A stretch of 64,000 nucleotides of DNA, from NCBI GenBank assembly GCA_030390025.1, contig CM059433.1:22136001-22200000 (forward strand), written 5' to 3'. Both the position numbers and the translations under genes were made by a program. This DNA is from Squalus acanthias. Taxonomy: Eukaryota. Below the pieces are notes generated by a model that saw only the letters and a program-made list of their open reading frames with translations, was not told the origin of the DNA and made no database searches. Positions within the stretch are counted from its first letter, which is position 1, and every line of letters begins with the position of its first letter. Positions 12,493-26,114 of the stretch are shown one piece after another.

Positions 12493-13343
12493 GGGCTCGA
12501 TTTTGCCAGGCCCGAGGAGGTGGGATTGGAGGCGTGTGGCCCGATCCCGCCTCCATCCCGCCTCCGAGCAATTTTCCCAAAAGCGTGTTTTCTGACCCCC
12601 TTTCCATCCCGCCTCCAAGAGGCGGAATAGGCCCTTAAGGCCCTTAACAACCACTTAATAGCCTCTATAATCCCATTTTGAGAGGCCTTTCCGATTTTTA
12701 GTCATTCCCCCCATCCCTAAGACAGAATGTACAACTTTAAAACAGGGCCTGAATTATTTCTGGAAACCTTGGTCCAATTTTATGCTGTCCTCTAACCCAC
12801 TTCACCTGAACTTTACAGTGGGTCTTGACTCCCTATGTGCGAACATGGAGAGCTCGACTAGTAATTTATTAACATGTTATTCCCCAATGGAATAACTATC
12901 ATACTCCCTGAATTTCATAAAGTCTGAATTTACATGTTTGAATACCCTAGGAAGTTTATTTTCTAATTAACTTAATTTTGATGTGGTAATTCAGCCTAAT
13001 CAGCATATAATTTAGCAATGTGTTATAATGAAACATTGATATTCATACGGCTGTTGAGATTCAAGATAATTTACCATGGAATTTTAATTTTCTGCCAAGC
13101 TGAAACTATTGCATTGAAACCTCCCAAGTTGCTGGCACATTTCAGACCACAGGCCAAGTAGTCTCAGCATGTATAACAGCACGGCTGTGATTAGGACTAT
13201 GATTTGCAATAAAGGAAAGCGCTTCCGCTGTTTTGCAGTCTTGGTTATTTCTTACATGCTTATCAAGACGGGGGATGTGAACGGTGGAGAATGGAACACA
13301 ATGGGGATGAAATTCTGCATGTTTATTAGTCATCAAATACAAT

Positions 13344-14104
13344 GGGCCAGAAATTCGGCTCTTGTCGGGTGAGTACGCGCTGTGTACTCACCCGTAAGGC
13401 CACCTGAAGTGCCGGTTTCACACATGCACTGCGCATGCACGGGAAACCGGAACTTCCGTTCCCCTGAAGGAAGGGGCTCAGAAGTCGAATGCATGCGTGG
13501 GAGAGGCTGCGCGCACGCAGCGAACTTCGTTTTTTTTTTCAGGTTTCTCCGGGAGGGTAAGTATGGAGAAGCTGCACTTTTAAAAAGGAGGCACAAGGCC
13601 TGTTTTTAACAAGGTAAGTGGTTAATTAATTACAATTTAAACATTTTTTCAACAGGTTTATCTTTTTTAGATACTTTAAAGAAAGGTAAGTTTATTTTTA
13701 GCACCGTTAAAAATTATAATTAATTTTTTCAAAAATTTAAATTTTTGTTTAAAGTAGTTAATTTATATAACTTATAGTTATTTTAAAAATGTGATTTAAA
13801 AAAAAATATTTGAAGTTTAAGTGTGGTTTCGGGGCCGATCTCTATGCATAGATTTGACAGGTCTTCCTGTCAAATCTATGAATGAAAATGCCCTGTTAGG
13901 ATTGGCTCTCCATGGCCCACGTGATCCCAGGGGATGCTTCGAACTAACTGCGCCCCTGGGATTCGCAAGCACTGCGCGCCGGCAGCTGGAGGAGGCCCAG
14001 GAGCCGAAGTGCTCGTGGGCCCAAAGCACAACAGCAGGCGCGGTAGGCAAGTACGCGCGCGATGCTTGCACCCGCAGGAAGCCGGAAAGCCGAATTTCTG
14101 GCCC
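13344..14104. mobile_element. Harbinger-type MITE
   Basis: Perfect 17-bp TIR GGGCCAGAAATTCGGCT; AAT TSD at 13341-13343 and 14105-14107. Internal palindrome catagatttgacagg-tctt-cctgtcaaatctatg at 13847-13880. Confidence 0.85.
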
Positions 14105-15360
14105 AATGAAATAGGTTACAATGCTGAAGTTTTTATTCAGCCTCCCTATGCTGCTCTTTATTCACATTTTGAACCAATCAAAGCAGCAATTGTCACCTCT
14201 ACATTGGCTCGGATCTTCTCTTTCAGTGTGCTCAATTAATTTGTTAGTGCTGGTTAGTCATAGGCATGAGTACCCAATTGGCTTCTGCATCAAAGTCTTA
14301 CTACATGGGTTACATATATCAAATATACCATCATTACAAGTTGGAGAACTACCAGAGCGTGTGAAATAATACGAACCTAAGGGTGTGCTGATATATTCAG
14401 CCCAATATCCCACCAGTGTGAATTGTCCCCTATGCTGTCAATTTCAATATCTATTCTCGCATTGTCTTGCTCCAAAACATAAAAATGCTTTAGGAAGGAG
14501 TTCAGTCACATCACGAGCTCGCTGAAACCGTCAGACAACAGGGGAATGTATTACCCGAATTGTACCACATAATTGTGCAGCTCATACTTAAGTATCTCAT
14601 TTACTGTCAGTTTCACTTGAGCATAGGTTTTGATATTGAGTAAAACGTGTTGGTTGATGGGGCAGGTCCTGTTAGACCCGTAAAGCATGGTAGTTGCAGT
14701 AGTAGTGACACAGGAGGCACCACCAAAACTACCTCATACTAGATTCGTACTGGCTTTTCCCACGCTGTTATCTACAAAACACAATTTATTACAGTCACAG
14801 TTAAATTCAGTCTTACAATCATTTCATGCGACATTACAGTTTAACATCGAATCAACAAGTCATGGACTTAAAAGATTCTCCAGCTCTCTTGCTATAGATA
14901 ATTCTTGCTAAACATGACTTCTCCTTAGCCCTCAATTGTCTCAATTGCAGCAATCCCACCCTGAGTTAAAATTGTCTCCTAAGTTTTCACCAATATAGAT
15001 GTACTGAGTGGCAATTTTATATTCAACATTGAAAAATTAACCAGAAAAGCATATATTAACAAATGTGGTCGAGATTTTGATTATGCAAGACATATTGGCC
15101 AGGTAGGCAACAATATTCAGCTCTAGCAAGCACTCTCAGTTCACGCACAGAAACATAAGCTTGGGAGGAACCAGCAGACAGTACAAGGCAGTCAGAAAGC
15201 GATTCAACTCACAGCAGTTTTTCCAGCGTAAAATCAGCATTAGACCGTCGAATTTCAGGTTGTGATCTGTCGCGTCTGAACTGCGCCGATAGTTCGCCTA
15301 ACGCCATATTGACTTGGCAGACTTTTAATCATCCACTGCGACTGCCTGAAACAGGCATTG

Positions 15361-15845
15361 GGAACCTGGGATAGGAGTAGACCATTGAGGCCCCTGAGCC
15401 TGTCTGCCATTTAATCAGATCATGGCTGATCTGTATCTTAACTCCATCTTGGTTCCATAACCCTCGATATCCTGACCCAGCAAAAATCAATCGGTCTCAG
15501 TCTTGAACATTTCAGTTGACCTAGCACCCACAGCCTTTTGGGGGAGAGAGTGCCAGATTTCACTCCTAAATGGCCGAGCTCTAATTTTAAGATTGTGCCC
15601 TCTTGTTCTGGATTCTCCCACCAGAGGAAATAGTTTCTCTATATCTACCCTATAGAATCCCTTTATCATTTTAAACACTTCAATTAGATCACCCCTCGGA
15701 CATCTAAACACAAGGGAAAATAAGTCAAGTTTATGCAAACTGTCCTCATAATTGAACTCTTTAATCCCTGGTATCATTCTGGTGAATCCGTGCTGCACCC
15801 CCAAGGCCTGTGGTTCGGTGCCCAAACCTGGACGGAGTACGCCAG
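15361..15845 (-). mobile_element. CR1 LINE 3' fragment
   Basis: ORF 15487-15825 (FTRMIPGIK...RGDLIEVFKMIKG...TRGHNLK) plus CR1 3'UTR. Confidence 0.8.
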
Positions 15846-17994
15846 AACTGAGCCACGACAGACACTGCTCAAGTTAGGCTCCTTAAATGTGCAAATGCAT
15901 TATTTGAAGTACAAATGGGCAAAGCTTGTGCTGTCTCTGCTCTGCCTAGTTGTACAAGGTGTTAAGCGGCCTAACCAGTGGTCCTGAAAGAGACGGCTTG
16001 AGGCCGCTCAGAAGGGTGACACAGAAAGTGTTCAGCTTTTATTCTTATGTGCCCCAGTGAAGCAGGGCTGCTTTTAAAAAAAGCTCCGGCCCGCTGCAAC
16101 TGAACTGCAGCTCCCAAAAAACCAGAGTTGGAAGTTGGCGAGCCGAGAGAAAAATATAACCAATGCAAAAACAAAGGCAGGAACATAACCAATACTCAAT
16201 GGAAAGGAAAATTGCACAAAAAATCAATGCAGCAACCATTGCTACAGCAAACAATAGCAATTTATTAATGCTGTGGGAATACCATCCTCTCCAAATTGTC
16301 TTCCAAGTCACACACTATCCTGACTTTGAAATAAAGAAAGACTTAATTTTATGTAGCACTTTTCACGACCTCAGGATGTCCCAAAGTGCTTTACAACCAA
16401 TGAAGTACTTTTGAAGTGTCGTCACTGTTGTAATGTGGGACATATGTCCCCATTCCTTTATTGTCGCTGGGTCAGCATCCTATAATTCTCTACCGAACAC
16501 AATTGTGGGGGCGCCATTGCCACAAGGATTGTAGCGGTTCAAGGAGAAGGCCCACAACCATCTTCTCAGTACAATGAGGGTTGGGCAATTAAAGCCGCCC
16601 TGCATCCAGCAAATAACTAAAGGAAAAACAGCTTTACGAGGGCAAGTTCCAAAATGGCCCCGTGTACCTTCCCTTGTCCTTTTCATGAAATAATAAGAGA
16701 TATAAATAAGGAGTCCATTTGACCCATTTTAGCTCATTCACCCAAAATCAAAACTTACATTGTTTCTATGACATCATCTAATAGTGTCTAATGTTTTCAT
16801 TTTCACTACTTAAACCACAGATTATTGCAAGTGTTGATCACTCTTCAACATGAAGAAGTTATCTCTAAACCTTTTCAGCAGTTTGCATGTATGCCCCCTT
16901 GTTCTGGTATCCCGATTACACCTTTCGGTAGATTCACCGAAGCTATGCATTTTAACACTTCGTCGAATTCTTTGAGGTCCCCTCTCAGTTGCCTCCTTTC
17001 ATTGTTGAAGAACTCTAGTTTCTCCAGTCTTTCCTTGTAACTCAATTCTTTGACACTCTTTTTAAATAAGCACTGAAGACTTTATGCACATTCTTCGGGA
17101 AAACCCTGGGAAATGGCACCAACACTTATTTTAAACATGTTTGAATAAAATCATGGAGCTTAATGAGGCTTGTGATGAATTTGGATTGTGTCTGTGCTCC
17201 CTCAGCTGAATTTTTCAACCTATCATACTTCTGTAATATTAGCTCTTATATCGCTTTCAATCTTAATGCATTTTTAAAAGAATCAGGTGCAACTTAAGAC
17301 ACATTAGAAATGCAGATGCACATGTCCTAAATCCCACTCAGTTCCTTTATCTTTAATTTCTTACATGGCTTTACCAGCTCTAAGTGACGTCTTATATTGA
17401 ATACCATGCAGGGAAATTTTTACCTTCAGCGCTTGGGGTGATTTTAATGGAAATGAATTTTAAACAGGTGCTGTAATGAGCCGGCGATCCGCTCCAACAG
17501 TTTACCAACCAAGCGCTGAAGATGAAAATTGCCCTCCACATTTAGGATTAAAGCATCGTCATTGTAACGGCATATAATGCACGGCAGTTCGCAGCAGTTG
17601 CCTTTGTCTCACTTGTTAATGGAATGTAGATTAACATTTGGTTTATCAGCGTAGATGTTTCAATGAGTGAAATTTCAGAGACTACTTTCATACTTCTGGA
17701 ACTAGTCAATGCCCTGAGTTGCAGTGGAAATTACTTCTGAAAAGATGACAGAATCAATGACGAGCTGAAGAGATATGTGTGCTGAATCTGCCACTTTATA
17801 ATGAAATGGGGATATGTGTCTGGCACAGTACTTGTGAATATTTCATTCAGATGATGGTCATCAAAAATATATAATTAAAAGTAGACTGAAACGATTGAAA
17901 GTAAAGAAGGGAAAAGAATTACTGCTGCTTCAAGAACAAGACTCGAGTTTTGTGTTGAAGAGAATGGAAGGTCTAAGGGAAGTACTTTTTCTTC

Positions 17995-18145
17995 AAGTGT
18001 CAGTTTGGCTCTCTTGCCACTGTGTTAAAAGGTCGTGGGTTCAAATCCCACTCCTGCACTTGAGCATGCAATCTAGGCTGACGCGTTCAGTGCAGTGCTG
18101 AGGCAGTGTTGTATTGTCGGAGGCCCTCCCTTTCGGTTGAGACCC
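17995..18145 (+). mobile_element. SINE tRNA-derived head (SacSINE1-like)
   Basis: B-box gggttcaaatccc followed by cttgagc...tctaggctgac...cagtgcagtgctgagg and the start of the Deu domain. Confidence 0.55.
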
Positions 18146-19174
18146 CCTCCCAGGATCCAACCAGCCGCCTGAACAAGCATGGACTTGCTGACTGGTGGAG
18201 AACAAATGCAGCTCTCGGTGTGCTGGCTGTTCAAGTGCAGGATGCACAGTTTGGTGCCCCACACTATTGAGGCGTTGATGGAATGAAAGCTTTTCCTATT
18301 CACGAAGCTCACGGGGTTCTCACTCAGGGTTTAAAGAGCCTAGTGCGTGCCAACAATGGCCCCCTGCACCCTCGAGAAACCCTCTAGTCTGTAGAAAGGT
18401 TTATGCGCTATCCCTCTGTTCTGCCGGGGATGTCCTATACACAATAAACTAGGGAAAGGGTATCTGTTACCTGGAGGGTGTTGATCAGGTTTCCTGTCGA
18501 TGCCAGGAATGAACCTGAGCAGTAGAAATTCAGGACCATGCTGACCTTCATTCCACGGTGAATGCCTTGCGGCTTGTAGACTGTGACTGCAGGCCTTCAC
18601 GCAGAGTCTCACAGAGACAGCAACAGGCTTCCCCACTGAACCTTAGGCCGGAGTTTTCCCAGTCCCCAGCGTACGGGTTTGGGGGCAGGTCAGCAGTAAA
18701 AATCGGCGAAATTGCCAGCACATCGGGAACCCGCCGTCATCCGCATTTAACTCGGGCGCATTTCCCAGCGCGCCGCGGACTCGCTCGGGAGAGGCGGGCA
18801 GCCTCATTCAAGTACTTGTTGAGAGACCCTTTAGAGGCTTTTTAACAGCAACTTTTAGCTTTAACTTCTTGAGCACGGGATTCACGCACCTCGGGAACCT
18901 CGCCTATGAAGGGGAGGCGGAAGCTCAGTTGCCATTGTGCGAGTCCATTAATTGAGAGCTGGAAAAGACATATAAATGCTCCCACCTTACACCTCATTAC
19001 TTGCCTAAGGGAAAGGCTGTTGCTGCCTCCATCTTGTGCAGAGATTTAGCTGTCAGCAGTTTGCAGGTCATTTCTGCAACCTCGGAAGCCACTCTCACCA
19101 CATTACTAGTCACTATCACAACAATGAGGGATTGGGCCTCTGATCTCCACTTTACCTGCATCTATTAGATCAGC

Positions 19175-20400
19175 ATGGGTGCTGCTTATACTGTCTCACC
19201 TTGGACCTCAGAATCGGACCAAGAATAGCCCCAGCACCAACAACACCAGCCACACCAGCAGCAGCAGCAGCCACAACACCAGCAGCAGCAACCACCACAG
19301 CAGCAGCCTTCTCCTCAATGACCTGATGCTCCACAGCAAAGAGGGGGTCAGCACAAGGCTGCACTGCACCGGAAGCAATATCCCCAACACAGGGTATACC
19401 GGCAGAGGATGAGCTTCCTGGACATGACTGAGCAGCAGTGCTTCAGGAGGCGCAGGCTATCCCGCCAGGTTTTCGCAGACATTTGGAGCTTGCTGGAACA
19501 AGACCTGCTGCCCAGGATACCTGGGGCACATGCCTTACCAGTGGCTGTCAAAGTCACCACTGCCCTCAACTTCTTCACCTCAGGCTCCTTCCAGGGATCT
19601 CCAGAAGACATTTGCAGGATCTCACAGTCGGCTACCCACAGATGCATCACCCAGGTGACCGATGCCATGATTGACAAGTCAGCCACTTACCTAAACTTTG
19701 CCACTGATGAAGTCAGTATCACTGAGCGGGAGCTCGGCTTTGCAGCTCTGGCTGGCTTCTCACAGGTGCAGGGCACCATTGACTGCACGCATGTGGCCAT
19801 CAAGGCACCCCCACATCACCCAAGAATGTTTGTGAACCGCAAGGGATTCCACTCGCTCAAGGTGCAGCTCATCTGCAACCATAAAAAGATCATCATGCAC
19901 GTGTGCACCAGATTCCCTGGCAGCTGTCATGACTCTTTCGTGCTCCACCAGTCCACCCTCCCTTAGCTCTTCGCTCCTCCAAACAGACTTACCGGCTGGC
20001 TACCTGGAGACAAGGGCTATCCACTGAAGACGTGGCTGATGACACCCTTGAGGATGCCAAGTACTGAGGCCCAGGAGCATTATAATGAGAGTCACATTTC
20101 CACCAGATGTGTCATAGAGCAAGCAATAGGCATGCTGAAGATGCGCTTCAGATGCCTTGACAGATCTGGAGGAGCACTTCAGTACACACTAGCCAGTGTC
20201 ACCAGAATCATCGTCATTTGCTGCACACTGCACAGAATCTCATAGTAGCGAGGATTGGAGCTGCATGAGGAGCAAGGTGCAGAGCACACTGCCTCTTCAG
20301 AGGAGGAGGAGGAGGAACCTGAGGTGGGGATGGCACCAGCAGCAGCACACATTGCCTCATCATGGCCAGATTTACTTAACTTGCTCCACTGCACCCACAT
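19175..20400 (+). pseudogene. Harbinger DDE transposase (HARBI1-like), disrupted
   Basis: [46 protein letters not shown] motifs; Q/P-rich N-terminus; stops at 19964 and 20243. Confidence 0.92.
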
Positions 20401-21050
20401 GGCTGCCACATGCTGTACTAAGTTCCCCCACCCACCAAACAACACCATAAAACAGCCCTACAATGACCAAGCCATTTCTCTCACCCTAACCCCCATTGAT
20501 TGAGGTTAAGTAATGTCTCACCATTCACTCCAAGTGACAAGGCCACTTACCAGGTAGCAGGCAAAAATGGACAAGACCGGAAAGTGCTGCAAAGAAATAA
20601 ATTTATCTGTGTCATAAATATAACTGAAACTTATCACTAACATTTGTTCATACACCCATGTGCATATACTTGTGCATCTAGGATTGTGTCTTTTTTCTTT
20701 TCCAAGTGCTTCTACGAGGTGCAACCCCTGTGAATTCAGCAGAGGTAGAGGCAGGCTGCTCACTTCCTTGCTGCGACTGCTTAGACACTTTTGGCGGACG
20801 TCCTCTGGTTTATGGAGCCTGTGATGGCCCCGCCAAAGACTGCTCCTCCTGTGACTGTGCAGGGGCAGACTCGGCCATTGGGATCCGAGGGAGCATGTGG
20901 GGCTCTCACTGAGGGGGAGACAATGGGGGAGAAGTGACAAGAGCCCCCACTTCCATGTCCCCTCTCACCATCATCCCTCTCATGGGCCACCCACACTTCA
21001 CTGTTAGCAAGGAGCTGGAGAGCACCTTGCTGCACATCAGTGGGGTGATG

Positions 21051-22500
21051 TGTAATGGAATAAGCCATATTCCAAGAAATACATCATCCTATAAGCAGAT
21101 TTTGATAATATTAATACATGACATACTGGGTTTAAAAGTCTGGAAAGCATCGGCGACACAGGCTACAAACACAATACAGGCTTCTGAGATAAGATGAAGT
21201 GTTAACAAAAGCTGTAAAACACCACAAGCTTTGAAATAGGAGATGGTTGTAAACACAAAAACGATGCCCCTATTGAAGCAAACCATTGGCGCTTCCAGAA
21301 GGTCTGGAGTTTGGGAGAAACACAATGGAATGACCCAGGTAAAGTGTTAAAATCTAACACTTCGAACAAGAAACTTAGAACATTAAACAACCATATGCCT
21401 TCATATAATAACATCAAATAAGACAGGAAACATGATTAAATATGCAACCAATTGAGATAGCAAGAAAACAAGTAAACACCCTAAGAGAAGTGTTTATGAT
21501 TTACAAGTTGTAAAAGATACCTACAGAGAGGCTTTCAAAACATAATATCAATAGATGACACCACGCAATCACATTGTTTATGTGTTAAACTTGGAATCCC
21601 ACGGAGTCACGACGTCTGGCTTACAAGCAGTTAAGTGATATTAAGAATTCAATAGAAAGACTTCCTAAGAATAGCATCAAAGAGGTAAATCGACAATAAC
21701 CATTTTATGATAAGTTTTTGAAACACCTAAAGGTAGAGACAGAATTTGAAAAGTTGGCAGCTGAAATAACAGTAAGAATAGAAAAGAATTCAATAAAGAA
21801 TCACTAGCGATAATTAGCTTACATCAGCAGGAAACTTCAAAGAAAATACCACTAAAAAAAGTATAAAAATTGAGCTTTTCAGATAGAAAACAGAAGTCGC
21901 TGGGAAAGGGCAGAGCGATTCTTACCTTCAGAACCACTCTGTAGGCCTACAACTCTGAGTCTCGGGTAATCAAGGTATTTGATTTTGGTGGATATTCTGG
22001 ATTAACAAATAAGTAGAAGTGTGGAAATGTAACAAAGTTAAGATTTGAGAATAAGGATCTTTGATAAGAAATGTAAACTATTTGTATTTTGAATGGTTAA
22101 TGTTGCGATTGCCATACCAGCTGTTAACTAGATGTTGGTTCTTTAATAAATCTATATATTTTTTAAATTGTCTCAAAGAGTATTTCTGTATCAATCTCAC
22201 GAACGCAATTTCTGTACACTCTTTTGTAAGGAGTTGCAGAATTCTGGGCGGGGGGGGTTTCCGGACCCTCATAATATCCGGAAGGTTACAGTCTAGTTAA
22301 ACTTATTAAAAGTGCTATCCGGAGGACGGTAACATCTTCAGGCCATTTCTTTCCTTTAGGGAGAGATAGTCTGAACCTTTAGACCCAATTAAGCGTCTCT
22401 AGGATTCGGCTACCGCTAACTTTAGTTGAAGGTGAACGTCGGGGGAATACGCCTGATCTGGGGTAGTCCGAAAGGGCTAGGACTTGTAATTATCCCTTCA
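21051..22500 (+). repeat. 5' LTR (1450 bp)
   Basis: TGTAATGG...CCCTTCA, direct repeat of 26125-27558. Candidate TATAAAAA at 21862-21869, splice donors GG|GTAATC (21966) and AG|GTATTT (21975), AATAAA at 22145-22150. Confidence 0.95.
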
Positions 22501-22502
22501 GT

Positions 22503-22520
22503 TGGTGCCCAACATGTGTG
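22503..22520 (+). promoter_or_regulatory. Primer-binding site, tRNA-Lys1,2 type
   Basis: TGGTGCCCAACATGTGTG, 2 nt after the LTR, versus foamy PBS TGGCGCCCAACGTGGGGC; two of the mismatches are CpG-type transitions. Confidence 0.8.
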
Positions 22521-22794
22521 TTAACAAGTTGATACAGAACTTATACTTATATTTATATCTATATCCATCATGTAGATTGTTAATTATCGAAGGAGTGTTT
22601 ACTGACAGTGGTATTAAGACCCAGATTTAAGTTTCTAGAGATGACAAGTCCCTGATCAGGCCTGTAGAACTTAAATCAGAACTCCCTCAATATACCATTG
22701 AGGTCTAGAAGCTTCTTATAAAGTTCATATTAAACCCTAACCGAGGTTAGGTCCTGACGCAATTAAACCCTAACCGAGGTTAGGTCCTGAAGAA

Positions 22795-23379
22795 ATGGCA
22801 AACCCTGTCGGAATTGGCCAAGTCTTTTTATTAGAAAATTTAAATGATTGCTTTATTAGGGGAAATAATCCTATCCCTGTACCTCCACAAAACCAAGTGA
22901 TAATTTTTGAAATAGAAGGCTTTGATGCCGAAGGAGCCGTTAGAACTCATGGCACGATTAATGTTGATCCCCAGAACCAGGGGATACAGAATATCCAGTG
23001 GGATAATCAAACAAATACTCCAGATCCAATAAATTCCTTAATGATAAGGTGCACACCTGCACAATTGGGTGGCCTAATGAAAGGTGCCCAACAAGGTGAT
23101 GACAACTATGACCGAATAGCAGGACCCGGAGCAGCCTATGCTCCTGGGGGCCATGGATTCCGGTTAAGGTGGCAAGCTCATGATGAAATAAATGACCAGA
23201 ATCTTTGAGAAAACTATGGATAGCTTAGAATCCATTATAATAAATGGTCTGACAAACCCCCTAAGGGATCTGGAAAACATGAAACCCCCAAGAGGGAGGA
23301 ACAAAAATCAGTTAAAATAATTAAAGACAAAGAAGCAAGTAAAGCTCAGGATTCTAAGGATGAACAATCCCAGGATTGA
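22795..23379 (+). pseudogene. gag: Foamy-like gag: N-terminal domain fused in frame to a putative C-terminal tail, core deleted; premature stops at 23206 and 23221
   Basis: PPQNQVIIFEIEG / DPQNQGIQ / DPINSLMIRCTPAQL / AYAPG line up by eye with PFV Gag-NTD PLHGEVIGLRLTEG / DDDNEPLQ / NPHTMFMISGPLAEL / HYVQG. The same frame continues to ...KSVKIIKDKEASKAQDSKDEQSQD*. Confidence 0.7.
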
Positions 23380-25500
23380 AGGCCTGGCACCCAGCCAGGG
23401 CCTTTTCAATTCCCCTATGCCTTGGCAACCTTGCCCACAAACACACAAGTGAAAGCCCAATTTGTAAAAACCCATTAGGGGGATTATTCACACAAGACAA
23501 AACCAAAATAATAAATTTTTTACAAAATACCTATTACTATATATGGAATCACGGTGACCCTAGATGTAGGACTGGTACCACAATTGGCCTGTTCCCTCAT
23601 TATAGGACAGATAAACATGAAACATTACCTTAAAATTTCAACCAAACCTGTACAAGCATCCACATGGATGACAGGGAAAAACATGTTTGAACACAGCTTG
23701 ATCGAACTTGCCTAGAGCGGGGAGGCAAAGACCTCCTCGAGCAATTAATTAATAAATAATACCCTTATCTATAACGCCATCTAAATCAATGTGGAAAGAT
23801 AGAGCATCTCCCCATCATGGAGGATATTGATGCGAAGGAGGGAATCAGATAAATACCTATGCGACCGCTTATAGAATACCATAAAGTTATTTACTGTGAT
23901 GAAACGTCAATGACGATTAAAAAAGAGACATCCCAACAATCCTCAGCTGGGATGGGGATAGTAGTCGGGACTTTTCGAGATTCCTCTTCTTTTTGTACAG
24001 AAGAATTTCTGTCTATACCCCTTGGCCATAAGACAGTGCAATATGCTGAAGCCGTAGCATTACGGTGTGCTTTAGAGAAAGCAGACCTTATTAAACCCAC
24101 ATTGTGGGAAGACATTCTCCATTCGAGGATGGAGAAACAGAATTGTCAGGTGATTCATGTAAACGGGCATACCACTGGGATAGTACACTCCAAAGAAAAC
24201 AGCCTTGCTGACGAACAAGCGAAACGTTCGGTCTGCATGACACCCCCTCGAGAGGGGCCTGCCAATGTTAGTGTAATCACTAGGGCAGAACGGGCAGCTA
24301 ATCAGGATGAGGAACTGATTCAGCTATTAGACCCAATAACAGAGAATCCACCAGAATATCCACCAAAGTACTTTTACTCGGAAACCCCTATGGGTATTGC
24401 ACTAGTTAAGTTGCCCAAGGGAAACCGAGAAGTACCCCCGAGCCACAAACGAGAACAGCTTGTAAAAGAAGCTCATGAGGGCATAAGTTAAGCACATTGT
24501 AGTGCCAGAACAACATTCTGCAAATTGACCCCCTTATATTGGTGGCCAGGCATGCTTAGAGCCTGTAAAACATACGTGGCAAATTGTGAGCCATGATATT
24601 TGACCAATAAGTCATCACTAAATTAAGCCACCACCATTGGCTCCTGTGAAAGCTGATGAGCCAATGGGAAAAATTTTTATTGGCTTTATTGGACCACTTT
24701 CACCATCTTTGGGATATAGACATGTTCTCGTTTGTGTGGATGGATGCACTTCCTTCTGCTGGCTGGTCCCCACAAAAACTGTTTCGGAAAACGCACTCGC
24801 CAGGGCTATTTCTGATATAATTACTGTAGCTGGTGCACCCAAAATCTTACACTCTGATAAAGGCGGAGCCTTTGTATCTAAGGTCTTCAAAGCCTACTGT
24901 GAACAAAGGGGGATTGGGTTAGAGCACGGCACGCCACGTCATCTGCAATCAGTGGGGCTGGTGGAATGTATAAATCGGGGAGTAATAAAGTTATTGGTCA
25001 AACTGTTGAGAATCAGGGGGAATAAGTGGACCGCCATCATTCCGGAAGTACAGCTCTCACTCAATAATGTGCCCGCATCTGCATCAGGGACAGTGTCCCC
25101 TAAAACTCCATATTATCTGATGTATGGGGTTGAGATGCATACACCGCTTACCCATAGTTCTTTTATTGCCTCTACACACTCTGAGTCCTTGACCCGACAG
25201 CGACAGTTAGATTGAAAAAAAGAAGTAACAGAAGAGATTCATCAAATTGATCAGAGGATAAGGGAGGCGAATAGGCAGAAAAATTGACAAATAAAGCATG
25301 GCAACCCATAGTAGGAGAATGGGTACAGGAAAAGATGTTCGAGTAAAAACCTGGTTTAAGACCGAAGAGAAAAAACCTGTTCAAATACATTCTGTTATTA
25401 ACGAAAGAACAGTTCACATACATATTAACCAGCCGAATGGCAAGCATATTCTTAAAACTGTCTCCAGAGACAATATCAAGAAATGTCCTGCAGGATATCG
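23360..25500 (+). pseudogene. pol: Foamy-like pol remnant: protease C-half, RT N-terminal stub, RNase H, integrase; RT core deleted
   Basis: PR: ...LACSLIIG. RNase H: VIYCD, SAGMGIV, SIPLGHKTVQYAE, HVNGH, NSLADEQA. IN: DEELIQLL, YPPKYFY, AH..AH, YWWPGM, FIGPLSPSLGY.VLVCVDG, LHSDKGGAF, WQPIVGEWVQE, TVSRDNIK. All colinear with PFV Pol motifs as recalled. Confidence 0.92.
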
Positions 25501-26114
25501 AAAAGGAGGAACAATACAAGGTGCAGTTGTGCACTGTCTTTTAAAACCCAGCTTGGAGAACGACACAGGAAATGGATGCGATCAAATTACTGACAATGGG
25601 AAGTCAGAAAGTGTCGTCTGCTCTTCTACACGTTGCTTGGCAACGCATCAGGATTTGGATTTGCGAAAAGCAACAACTGAAACAAGGAAAGATCAACGAG
25701 TTACTTTAACGAAGGAGGAAGACATCGCGGATAAAGAAGGAATCAACTGAGTGCCTGGCAAGGCCTTTACGAATACAAGCATCTGTACACACACCGGCTC
25801 GAAGGAACAGCATGTCAAGCTTCAACGAGTTTCAAATGACGTCTCCTTGACTCGTATGAAGAACTCACCTCTACGGAACGTACATCTGCCGATTGGACAT
25901 TCTAAGTACATGTTGTTTCACTCATTACATGATAATGTACTTATCATCCTTTTAAATTGTGTACAATTTAAAATAAGGCAAAACATTCTCCTAGGATGAT
26001 TTAAAATGAATTTTCATGTAGCACATGATTGTGCATCTTGTGAACTTAATATGCTATTGTAACCTTATGAGTATCATTGACCAAACTCTGCCCTGATGTT
26101 ATAAGCTTTTGGTC

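Noticed and set aside
19409..19966. Domesticated host HARBI1 or NAIF1 genes
   Set aside because: All copies have stops or frameshifts and lie within transposon structures, most with visible TIRs.
23859..25215. Gypsy/Metaviridae LTR retrotransposon
   Set aside because: Motif-level matches, PBS, LTR length and Gag-NTD fit foamy viruses better; phylogeny is still needed.
25315..25340. Central PPT identical to the 3' PPT, as in PFV
   Set aside because: The position homologous to PFV QERV reads CAGGAAAAGATG and does not match AAGAGGGGGG.
25572..25709. env leader peptide
   Set aside because: No WxxW motif, transmembrane segment or furin site is recognisable.
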